Positions 20,378 to 30,273 of a DNA stretch of 64,000 nucleotides are shown here, one piece after another (the stretch's first letter is position 1; each line of letters begins with the position of its first letter). Under the pieces are notes generated by a model. That model had not been told where the DNA came from. It worked only from the letters and a program-made list of their open reading frames with translations, and did not search any database. Source of the DNA: Candidatus Omnitrophota bacterium (GTDB lineage Bacteria; Hinthialibacterota; Hinthialibacteria; Hinthialibacterales; Hinthialibacteraceae); NCBI GenBank assembly GCA_016934335.1, contig JAFGTC010000309.1, positions 10,714-74,713 on the forward strand, given 5' to 3'. The translations under genes and the position numbers were made by a program.

Positions 20378-21625
20378 ATGCCGACTTACAGCTACAAAGC
20401 TTTGGATAAAGGCGGAAAAGAGATTAAAGGCTCTATTGAAGCGACTGGCGAAGAAGCGGTCGTCGAGCGCCTTCGCAGTATGGGGTATTATGTAACCCAG
20501 GTCAATCGGCAAAAAGGCAGCGTCGGCCAAGCCGACCTGATGGACCTTCCTTTAGTCCGGGCCATAGGAAAAGTCTTGTCTCGCGGCAAGGTGGGATTGA
20601 AGCATATTTCAGCTTTTTCCCGCCAGTTGGCGACTCTGATCGGCGCAGGCCTTCCCTTGCTGCGCAGCCTTCAAATCCTTCAAGAGCAGGTCGAAGATCG
20701 GAATTTGAAAGAAGCCCTGGATGGAATAACGGAATCCGTCGAAGGTGGAAGCACCCTTTCGGAAGCCATGGCCAAATATCCCAGGATTTTCAACCGCCTC
20801 TACGTCAACATGGTTCGGGCGGGCGAGATCGGCGGCGCCTTGGAGCGCGTCTTGGACCGCTTGGCTACATTTCAGGAAAAAGCGCAGGCGATTCGCTCCA
20901 AAGTGAAGGGCGCTATGTTCTATCCGGTCAGCGTCCTCACCATTTGTTTCGGCGTCGTCGGCGTTATTCTGGTTTTCGTCGTCCCGAAATTCGTCGAAAT
21001 GTATGAAGGGATGGGCGGCGAACTGCCCTGGATGACGCAGCTGCTCGCGGACCTAGGCGAAGGCCTTGTCACTTACTGGTACGCGCCGGTTCTGTTTGTC
21101 GTCGGAATGATCATGTTCTTTAAAACAGTCAACAGCATCGATCAAGGCCGTTATATCCTCGATAAAATCAAACTGCGGCTGCCGATTTTCGGCTCGATTA
21201 TACAGAAGTCGTCCATCGCCAACTTCGCGCGAACCTTCGGCACGCTTCTCGACACGGGCGTTCCGATTCTCCAAACGCTGCTCATCGTTAAGGATACCTC
21301 CAGCAACGAGGTCGTCGCTCGCGCGATGGTCGAAATTCACTCCTCCATACGCGACGGCGACACGATTTCCGAACCGATGAAATCCTTCCCCGTCTTCCCT
21401 CCGCTGGTTGTTCATATGATCGCCGTCGGCGAAGAAACCGGCGCCATCGACAAGATGCTGCTAAAAATCGCCGAAGCGTACGAGCGGGAGGTCGACGATG
21501 CGATTGAAGGAATGTCGAAACTGATCGAGCCCCTGCTCATCGTCGTGCTCGGCGGCATCATCGGTACGGTCGTCGTGGCTCTTTATCTGCCGATCTTCAA
21601 TATTTCGCAGCAGATCAAGACGTGA
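20378..21625 (+). CDS. pilC: Type IV pilus / T2SS inner-membrane platform protein (PilC/GspF family)
   Basis: MPTYSYKA, FSRQLATLI.AGLPL, YVNMVRAGE.GG.L, AMFYP, FARTFGTL..TGVPIL, MIAVGEETG, LYLPIF. Confidence 0.93.
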   Translation: MPTYSYKALDKGGKEIKGSIEATGEEAVVERLRSMGYYVTQVNRQKGSVGQADLMDLPLVRAIGKVLSRGKVGLKHISAFSRQLATLIGAGLPLLRSLQILQEQVEDRNLKEALDGITESVEGGSTLSEAMAKYPRIFNRLYVNMVRAGEIGGALERVLDRLATFQEKAQAIRSKVKGAMFYPVSVLTICFGVVGVILVFVVPKFVEMYEGMGGELPWMTQLLADLGEGLVTYWYAPVLFVVGMIMFFKTVNSIDQGRYILDKIKLRLPIFGSIIQKSSIANFARTFGTLLDTGVPILQTLLIVKDTSSNEVVARAMVEIHSSIRDGDTISEPMKSFPVFPPLVVHMIAVGEETGAIDKMLLKIAEAYEREVDDAIEGMSKLIEPLLIVVLGGIIGTVVVALYLPIFNISQQIKT

Positions 21626-21651
21626 TCGAAGCCGATTTTATTCAATCATTC

Positions 21652-21693
21652 CTCCCCCGCTCGAAGGAGTGTTCGGGCGGGGGAGTTTTATTT
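21652..21693 (+). terminator. Intrinsic terminator after pilC
   Basis: CTCCCCCGCTCGAA-N6-TTCGGGCGGGGGAG followed by TTTTATTT. Confidence 0.85.
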
Positions 21694-21807
21694 AAAGAAT
21701 AAACCGTCAACCGATTCTTGCATCCCGCGGAGAATTTCCCACTTCGGCATCCTCCCTTTACGCGATATAATTTAAAGTTCTACTTCACACTGAAGCCGAG
21801 TTCGTTT

Positions 21808-23508
21808 ATGCCCGATTCAAAACCGGTTATTGTTCAAAGCGACAAAACTGTCTTTCTGGAAGTCGATTCGCCCGTCTTCGACGAGGCGCGCGACGCCTTG
21901 TGCGCCTTCGCCGAACTGACCAAATGCCCCGAACATATCCACACCTACGTCATTTCCCCCCTTTCGCTGTGGAATGCAGCCAGCGCCGGCTTGACGTCCG
22001 AAGACGTTCTGCAGACCCTGAATCGCTTTTCGCGCTATCCAACGCCCTCCAACGTTGAGATCGACATCCGCGAATACATGGGGCGCTACGGTCTCCTGAC
22101 GCTGGAGCGACGAGACGATTCCCTGGTTCTGCGCAGCGAAGATCCGATGCTGCTGGATCAAATCAGCCGTCACAAAAAAACCCATTCCTTTCTTGAAGAT
22201 CGGCTGGATCTGCATACAGTCAAAATCGGCGGCGCCTATCGCGGGCGATTGAAGCAATCTTTGGTCAAGATCGGCTTTCCCGTCAAAGATCAAGCGGGAT
22301 ATGTTGAAGGCGAACCTCTTCTAGTCGATTTGCGCGCCGCAATGCTGTCGGGGAAGGCATTCCAACTGCGCGATTATCAAAAAAACGCCGTTTCGTCTTT
22401 CTACCGTGACGGCGACAACGCCGGCGGAAGCGGCGTGGTTGTGCTGCCTTGCGGATCGGGTAAAACGGTGATCGGCCTGGGCGTCCTGGCCAAATTGCGC
22501 CGCCAGACATTGATTCTAGCGACAAACGTCGTCGCGCTGCGCCAGTGGAAGCGTGAGATCCTCGATAAAACTACTTTGACCGAAGATGAGGTAGGCGAGT
22601 ACAGCGGCGAATGCAAAGAAATCAAGCCGGTTACAATCGCCACCTACCAGATTTTGACTTATCACATCAAAAAGACGGATGAGTTTCCCCACTTAAAACT
22701 GTTCGAATCGCGTGACTGGGGATTGATCATCTACGATGAGGTTCATCTTTTGCCGGCGCCCGTGTTTCGAATCACAGCCGATATTCAGGCGCGGAGACGC
22801 CTGGGGCTGACGGCGACTTTGGTGCGCGAAGACGGCCTGGAAAGCGACGTCTTCAGTTTGATCGGCCCCAAATGCTACGACGTCCCCTGGAAAGTCCTTG
22901 AAAAACAAGGGTGGATTGCGCAAGCGGAATGCCATGAAATCCGCGCGCCGCTGCCCATCGAACAGCGCCGCGAATATGTCATGTCTCCGGCGCGCTCGCA
23001 ATATCGCATCGCTTCTGAAAATCCCATAAAAATGAATGTCCTGGAAGAATTGTTGGAAAAGCATAAGAATGATCGCATTCTCATTATTGGGCAATATCTG
23101 CGACAATTACGAATTGCGGCGAGTTCTTTCGGCATTCCTCTCCTTACGGGACAGACATCCAATGCGGAGCGAGAAAAACTGTATCAACAATTCCGCCGCG
23201 GCGAAATCACAAAACTGGTTGTTTCCAAAGTAGCCAACTTCGCCGTCGATCTTCCCGACGCCAACATCGCGATTCAAATCTCAGGATCGTTCGGCTCCCG
23301 GCAAGAGGAAGCCCAGCGCCTGGGCCGCATTCTTCGCCCGAAAAGCGAGGGGCAAATCGCCTATTTCTATTCGGTGATCACCCGCGACAGCAGCGAAGGC
23401 GAGTTCGCCCAGAAGCGCCAGCGATTTCTCACGGAGCAGGGCTACCATTATACCATCCGCAATCTGGATGACGACCAAGCCATGCCCCGCCCGTTGAGCG
23501 CGTTTTAA
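21808..23508 (+). CDS. xpb: Bacterial XPB/Ssl2/Rad25-like SF2 DNA helicase
   Basis: N-terminal PVIVQSD...FAEL.K.PEHIHTY.I..LSLWNA domain; LRDYQ, GVVVLPCGSGKT, DEVH, GLTATLVRED, SRQEEAQRLGRILRPK. Confidence 0.93.
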   Translation: MPDSKPVIVQSDKTVFLEVDSPVFDEARDALCAFAELTKCPEHIHTYVISPLSLWNAASAGLTSEDVLQTLNRFSRYPTPSNVEIDIREYMGRYGLLTLERRDDSLVLRSEDPMLLDQISRHKKTHSFLEDRLDLHTVKIGGAYRGRLKQSLVKIGFPVKDQAGYVEGEPLLVDLRAAMLSGKAFQLRDYQKNAVSSFYRDGDNAGGSGVVVLPCGSGKTVIGLGVLAKLRRQTLILATNVVALRQWKREILDKTTLTEDEVGEYSGECKEIKPVTIATYQILTYHIKKTDEFPHLKLFESRDWGLIIYDEVHLLPAPVFRITADIQARRRLGLTATLVREDGLESDVFSLIGPKCYDVPWKVLEKQGWIAQAECHEIRAPLPIEQRREYVMSPARSQYRIASENPIKMNVLEELLEKHKNDRILIIGQYLRQLRIAASSFGIPLLTGQTSNAEREKLYQQFRRGEITKLVVSKVANFAVDLPDANIAIQISGSFGSRQEEAQRLGRILRPKSEGQIAYFYSVITRDSSEGEFAQKRQRFLTEQGYHYTIRNLDDDQAMPRPLSAF

Positions 23509-23521
23509 ATAGGACAAATGG

Positions 23522-25036
23522 ATGAGTTTATTCAATCTTCTGGTCGACCTGCCTCATGAGCGGCTTCGCCGCCTGGCCAATGAATTTGGTGTTTCTTCCT
23601 CTTCGCCTTCCAAACGAACCATCTTGAATGACTTGACTATCCGATACCGCGACGAAGGCTTCCTTACGATCTTGGTTCAGAACCTGCCGAAAGAAACCCA
23701 AGGCTTCCTGCGCGCGCTGGTCTTTTTCACTCCCGAAACGGAATCCATTTTGATTCCAGAATCGCTTCTCCGCCCCTGGCGCGCCGTAACCGCCATCGAT
23801 GCGCTACTCACTCCCCTGCTGGATCTTGGACTCTTGTTTAACGATTCATCCTACCGGGAAGAGGCGCGCTTTATTTTCCCGGAAGAAATCCGCCGCACTA
23901 TGGAGAAAATATTCCTGGCGCCCTATCGAGAGTTCCAATTCCAGGGAGAAGTTGATTTGGAGCGAATTGCGGTTCGCTCGCCGGGATTGGAAGCGATTTA
24001 TCACCTCTTGTGCGTTATTCTTCATTATCGATCCGTTCAAACGCAAAAAGGCGCCATTCATCGTAAATCCGTCGAACGGTGGGCCTCGCGTCTGGGCGCA
24101 AATCCGCCGGGAGAAGATTTCTTCCATTTTGTCTTTTCGTTTTGCATGCGCGCCAATTTACTCGACCTTCACCGGGGCCGTTATCGCCCTTCTTCTCACG
24201 TATTGGAATGGTTTTCGCGCGACGAACGCCTTTTGCGCAACGAACTGTTCTCTTATTACTTGGAAACGAGATTGATGTCCAATCCATTGATGCATCTTCT
24301 GCCGATTCTATTTCGTACGGCGCAAGATTGGATTGCCAAACATCTCAAATCCCCGGTTTTCTCTATTCCCGATTTTGTTTCGCAAATGGGGGAGGAAGTG
24401 TGCGAGGAAGAAATCCGCCTCGAATTGGATTGGTTTTCGCATGTAGGATTGATTCAATTTCACGATCCATTTACGCCTGACGCGTTTTTCTTAACTCGCG
24501 ACGGAATCGAATTTCTTTGTCGCCGCAGGCTTCCTCCTCAGCCGCCGGCCCCCAAAGACTATTGCGTGCTGCAGCCGAATTTCGATCTCCTGGCTCCTCC
24601 CGGCGTTGGGTATCCGGATCTGTGGAGGCTGGAGCACCTGGCGGAATTCAAGCGGCGGGATATTTACACCGAGTACCATCTCTCGCAGCAAAGCATTCTG
24701 TTCGGCATGCGCCGCGGCTGGACGCATGACGAAACGCTTGCCTTCATTCATGAACTCACCGGAGGGAAGTTATCCAGCAACGTCAAATACAGTTTGGATG
24801 AATGGTGCAGGAAATATGGACAAATCACTCTTCACCGCACCGTTCTCGTGGAATGCGCCACCCCCGAGTTGGCGGATGAAATTTCTCATATCCCTGAAAT
24901 CAGTTCCCTGCTGGAGCGGCGAATTTCGGATCGCTGCTATGCCGCTTCAGAAACCCACGCCCGCGACGTATTGCGACTTCTGCGTGAGCGCGGCTACGAA
25001 CCTTCCGCCGCCAAGCGATTGACCGATGAAGAATAA
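23522..25036 (+). CDS. XPB-associated protein with C-terminal helicase-associated (Helicase_C_3 / p52-like) domain
   Basis: C-terminal VLQPNFD...LAEF...Y.LS..S...G...G.T....AF......SSNV...L.EW..KYG aligns by eye with the N-terminal domain of the adjacent XPB; starts 13 nt after xpb. Confidence 0.8.
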   Translation: MSLFNLLVDLPHERLRRLANEFGVSSSSPSKRTILNDLTIRYRDEGFLTILVQNLPKETQGFLRALVFFTPETESILIPESLLRPWRAVTAIDALLTPLLDLGLLFNDSSYREEARFIFPEEIRRTMEKIFLAPYREFQFQGEVDLERIAVRSPGLEAIYHLLCVILHYRSVQTQKGAIHRKSVERWASRLGANPPGEDFFHFVFSFCMRANLLDLHRGRYRPSSHVLEWFSRDERLLRNELFSYYLETRLMSNPLMHLLPILFRTAQDWIAKHLKSPVFSIPDFVSQMGEEVCEEEIRLELDWFSHVGLIQFHDPFTPDAFFLTRDGIEFLCRRRLPPQPPAPKDYCVLQPNFDLLAPPGVGYPDLWRLEHLAEFKRRDIYTEYHLSQQSILFGMRRGWTHDETLAFIHELTGGKLSSNVKYSLDEWCRKYGQITLHRTVLVECATPELADEISHIPEISSLLERRISDRCYAASETHARDVLRLLRERGYEPSAAKRLTDEE

Positions 25037-25068
25037 AGGCGTCTTCTCATCAGCCGCAAGAGACGCCT
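25037..25068. terminator. Hairpin between convergent genes
   Basis: AGGCGTCT-N16-AGACGCCT immediately after the stop codon. Confidence 0.45.
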
Positions 25069-25115
25069 CTTAAATGTACATATGATTTTACTCTAAGCCG
25101 TTAATTCAAAGAAAG

Positions 25116-25985
25116 TTACGATCCAAGCGACGCCATGCTCCAATGGGAGCGCGGCCCTCTTGGCGGCCGGTTCCTTCGATCCCACTCTATGCGCCTCGGA
25201 TCATTTTTGATCGAATCCTGCACTTGCGTTTTCATAGCGGACCATTTTTCCTGCTGCTCGTTGGTAAGAATTTGTTGCGCCTTTTCGAGAAATTCAGCCT
25301 GAGCCAATTGAAAATCCTGCTGATTATTTACGTCAAGCGCATCGAAATCGTAAGCATAATCATCATTCCTTTGCGCTTCCACGAGAGCGATGGCGTAAGG
25401 CAGCAGGCGAGTTCGTTGAAGCTCGTTAACTTGGATTTTGCGCAAAGCCCGCAATTCCACTATCGGGGATAATCCCCAGAATCTCTTTAATACATCCGAT
25501 GCAAGTTCCCATTCATCGGGAGATAATTGTCCTTCTATTTTTTCTCCCAACCGCGCGACGGCCGTCTCTTCCCATGGGTGGATAAGTAGTCGTCTGGGAG
25601 GCATAAGCGGCGGCTTCTGTCCCGACGCACCTTGGCCAGGCCGCCACGCTTCTCGTTTTTCACCCTGCTCAGATTTAATTTCTTCTAACGCTTCATTTCG
25701 CGATTGAATATAAAGCGCAAAAAGTTCTTCGGAGAGAAATGGATCAAGCAGCAGCGCGTCGCAGACGATCTCAAAGCGCGCCCATTCGCGAGGATTTTTC
25801 ACAACAAGTTCGGATGGAATCTGACCGGTCAAACGGCCGTAATAGTATCGGGCTTTATCGGCATAATAATCCACCGCGCATGAAAATTTATTTTGGAGAA
25901 ATACTTTGAAATCATCGTTGAAACCATTCAATACAAAATTAAAGCCGATGAGTAATACTATTAAAAAAATAAACAATCGATTCAT
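25116..25985 (-). CDS. Hypothetical membrane-anchored or exported helical protein, paralogue of 58606-59439
   Basis: Hydrophobic N-terminus; shares CA.DYY, TGQ.P, REW.RF...CDALLLD, ELF.LYI, LRALR and KA.QIL.N.Q...W with 58606-59439. Confidence 0.8.
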   Translation of the reverse strand: MNRLFIFLIVLLIGFNFVLNGFNDDFKVFLQNKFSCAVDYYADKARYYYGRLTGQIPSELVVKNPREWARFEIVCDALLLDPFLSEELFALYIQSRNEALEEIKSEQGEKREAWRPGQGASGQKPPLMPPRRLLIHPWEETAVARLGEKIEGQLSPDEWELASDVLKRFWGLSPIVELRALRKIQVNELQRTRLLPYAIALVEAQRNDDYAYDFDALDVNNQQDFQLAQAEFLEKAQQILTNEQQEKWSAMKTQVQDSIKNDPRRIEWDRRNRPPRGPRSHWSMASLGS

Positions 25986-26293
25986 TATGCGGTAATCTCC
26001 CATACGATGACTAAAAACCAATTATTTGTTGGACTCGCAAATACCCTTAATCTATATTTAAGCAAATTTCGAACCATTCGACAACAAAATCTCGCCTTCT
26101 TTTACAAATACGCAAATCCATAGAATTAAAAGAATTTGAGGGTTTATTGGAGCAGAGCCGCTTTTTCCCGGGGATTTCCATTTGCGCAAAATTTGCTCAC
26201 AGCAGACCATTCTGAGAAAAATATGCGCGCAGCCTGCCTCGGATGATGAGAAGGGAAGGACGAATCTTCATCAAAGCGGATGATTCATTAACG

Positions 26294-27640
26294 TTATTGG
26301 TTCTTTTGAAATTCTTCTTCGATAGAGGATCGCCATTTTTGATTGTTGCCGTCGCCGATATCCCGAGTCGGCCCGCCTCGGCCTCGATCGGGGCCGACAA
26401 GAAGAGAAAAGCGGGTTTCCACATCCGGCGCCACCTGCGTATAGAATACATGAGACCGCATATGGCGCATATTTCGCAGGCGTCCTTCATAAACTCCTTG
26501 CCGCATCGCAGGATTGACAAGTTCTTTGAGATGGCCGTTCAAATTGACTTGATGGGGCAGGTCTTGCGAGAGTTCGATTCGCAGGCTTCCATAGTCGCGC
26601 CGACCGAAATGCGCTTCTTCGACGACATGAAAGTACATGATCGCTATCGACGCCGCAATCGGAACGGCCAGCGCCGCTCGCCGGAATGACGATCGACGCC
26701 ATTCGGGAAGATAGGTCATCAGCAGCAGAAGACAAGGCGCCGATTCGAGAGCGAACAAATCCCAATCCTGATAAACGCCCAGGTTGGGATGCCATGTCAG
26801 AGTGAAAAACGTGAATCCGATTGTATAGAGAAAGAGAAACAGCCGCTCTTTTTGAAAGAGCGTGCGCCAGCCCCATGTCGCCGCCGCCCAGAAAATCGCC
26901 GGCCAGAAAATCCACGACCGGGCCGTCCATGCATACAGGCAGTCGGTTAAATGACCCCACTCAAACATAAGATAGAAGCGTTCGCCCGATGGATCTCCCA
27001 AAAGAGGGATAAAATTTTTGGAGGGGGAGAGTCCCTGAACCTCAATGCCCAAAATGGTCGAATGATTTTTCATGATGAAAGCGGCGGCTGTCAGCAGCAG
27101 CCCGCCGGCCAAGCCGTAATAATCTTTCCAATTTTTGCGAAGCAAGGGCAGCGCCAGCAAACTGGGAAACGCAAACATGATGCCCATATGCATCCAAACC
27201 GCCAGAGAAAAAGACAGCGACGCATGCAGGCTGGAGAAGCGGCCGCGCAGATAGCCTACGCCGGCATAGCCATAATAAAAAAGAGTCGCCAGAAACATCG
27301 TGTAATATTCGGTGTGGCCTGTGCATAGAAGAAGAAGTCCCGACGAAGCGAACAGCCCCAACCCCCAAAGAGGATTGACGCCGATGAAATCTCGATTGAA
27401 TTTCAACAGCATCCAGACGGCGGCGGCGCCCGCGATGCAGGAGACCAGGTTGATCACGCTGAATCCATCCCATCCCCACGGCTGCAATATTTCATAGGCG
27501 AAATAAAAAACGGCCTGCGACAGCAGTTCGGTCTGGACGAAGACAACGCCCCCCTCAACCATCCGAGTCAATTGATCGCCGTCGCCGGAATAGATTTGCG
27601 AGCGATAGATCCAAAACAACACGCCCAATGCGGCGCTCAC
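26294..27640 (-). CDS. Polytopic membrane protein, possibly a GT-C-fold (DUF2723-like) glycosyltransferase with a small C-terminal beta domain
   Basis: About 10-11 hydrophobic segments; YSGDGDQL after the first TM, GHTEYY, W.H, QDWDLF; GTG start at 27640 chosen because the longer ORF overlaps groEL and its terminator. Confidence 0.55.
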   Translation of the reverse strand: MSAALGVLFWIYRSQIYSGDGDQLTRMVEGGVVFVQTELLSQAVFYFAYEILQPWGWDGFSVINLVSCIAGAAAVWMLLKFNRDFIGVNPLWGLGLFASSGLLLLCTGHTEYYTMFLATLFYYGYAGVGYLRGRFSSLHASLSFSLAVWMHMGIMFAFPSLLALPLLRKNWKDYYGLAGGLLLTAAAFIMKNHSTILGIEVQGLSPSKNFIPLLGDPSGERFYLMFEWGHLTDCLYAWTARSWIFWPAIFWAAATWGWRTLFQKERLFLFLYTIGFTFFTLTWHPNLGVYQDWDLFALESAPCLLLLMTYLPEWRRSSFRRAALAVPIAASIAIMYFHVVEEAHFGRRDYGSLRIELSQDLPHQVNLNGHLKELVNPAMRQGVYEGRLRNMRHMRSHVFYTQVAPDVETRFSLLVGPDRGRGGPTRDIGDGNNQKWRSSIEEEFQKNQ

Positions 27641-27655
27641 AGCGGCGGCGCGCCG

Positions 27656-27691
27656 GGAAATAAAACAGCCCGCAGAAATCCACGGGCTGTT
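27656..27691 (-). terminator. Intrinsic terminator of groEL
   Basis: Minus strand AACAGCCCG-N10-CGGGCTGTT followed by TTATTT, about 30 nt after the groEL stop. Confidence 0.75.
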
Positions 27692-27719
27692 GGACGATTC
27701 ACACGATGTCGGGCTGGCA

Positions 27720-29351
<1,632 letters not shown>

Positions 29352-29424
29352 TTATTCGATTCCAACTCTATTTCCATATTGGTAAAAAAAGCCGGATGGC
29401 TTTGATTCTCTTAATGCCGGACGA

Positions 29425-30270
29425 TTAAATCGCCTCGACGGCCGATTCCGGCATCCAGCCGGTGAATGAGGCGTTACCGGGCAGGAGGATGCGCACCCAA
29501 TCGCCCTGTTCTTGAACCCAACGTACTTTGGTCCCCTCATGCAGAGAGAAGGAGGTGGAGAAATCGTCTCCCGGCCCCGTTTTAATTTCCACCGCAGAGG
29601 CCATAACGACGGCTTCCTTGATATACTCGTATTGATAAATTCTCAATGCGGAGGATAAACAAAGAAGTATAAACGCAATACTGACGATCCAACAAGGGAT
29701 GGACAACCACGCCCCCCTACGCGCCGCGGGAAGAAGCAATCGCATGATGAATAATCCGGACAAAATCCAAAACAAAAAAACCGTCGTCCACAGCGATTCA
29801 CGCAGATTGAGTTTCCGGTGAACGCCGATCAAGAATCCCAGCGTGCCGCCGTATTCGGGGCCGCGAAACTCTTCATCGGCCAGCAGTCCGCGCGCATATT
29901 CGTAATTCACGCGCAAATCGTGGAATCGAGGCAGCCATTGCAGGGCTCGTTCATACCAAAGAATCGATTTCCCCAACTGCCCCAATCGAAAATAGGCATT
30001 GCCGATATTGTAGTTTAGATGCCCGTTGCGAACGCCGATGTCATATAAATCAAGGTAGCCTTCCAGCGCTTTTTCGGGTTGATTGTCGAGGTAAAAGTCG
30101 TTGGCGTGCTTGTATATTTCCTCCTTGCTCAATCCGGCGGGATAATCGGAGGAAAGAGAAGGGGGCGAATCGTTCTCGGCGGAATTCGCCCAGATTGGAA
30201 AAACGATACCGACCACAGCCAGCCAGGCAATCGAATGGAAAATGCGCTGCAACGAGTCTCTCCTTTGCAT
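29425..30270 (-). CDS. batE: BatE-like TPR + 2 TM + SH3b protein
   Basis: YNIGNAYFRLGQLGKSILWYERA TPR; two TM segments; C-terminal GPG......LHEGTKV......W..I......GW. Confidence 0.85.
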   Translation of the reverse strand: MQRRDSLQRIFHSIAWLAVVGIVFPIWANSAENDSPPSLSSDYPAGLSKEEIYKHANDFYLDNQPEKALEGYLDLYDIGVRNGHLNYNIGNAYFRLGQLGKSILWYERALQWLPRFHDLRVNYEYARGLLADEEFRGPEYGGTLGFLIGVHRKLNLRESLWTTVFLFWILSGLFIMRLLLPAARRGAWLSIPCWIVSIAFILLCLSSALRIYQYEYIKEAVVMASAVEIKTGPGDDFSTSFSLHEGTKVRWVQEQGDWVRILLPGNASFTGWMPESAVEAI

Positions 30271-30273
30271 GGA

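Noticed and set aside
29384-29403. Possible terminator between batE and groEL (AAAGCC-ATCC-GGCTTTTTTT on the minus strand)
   Set aside because: Only three G-C pairs; too weak to call, although partial termination cannot be excluded
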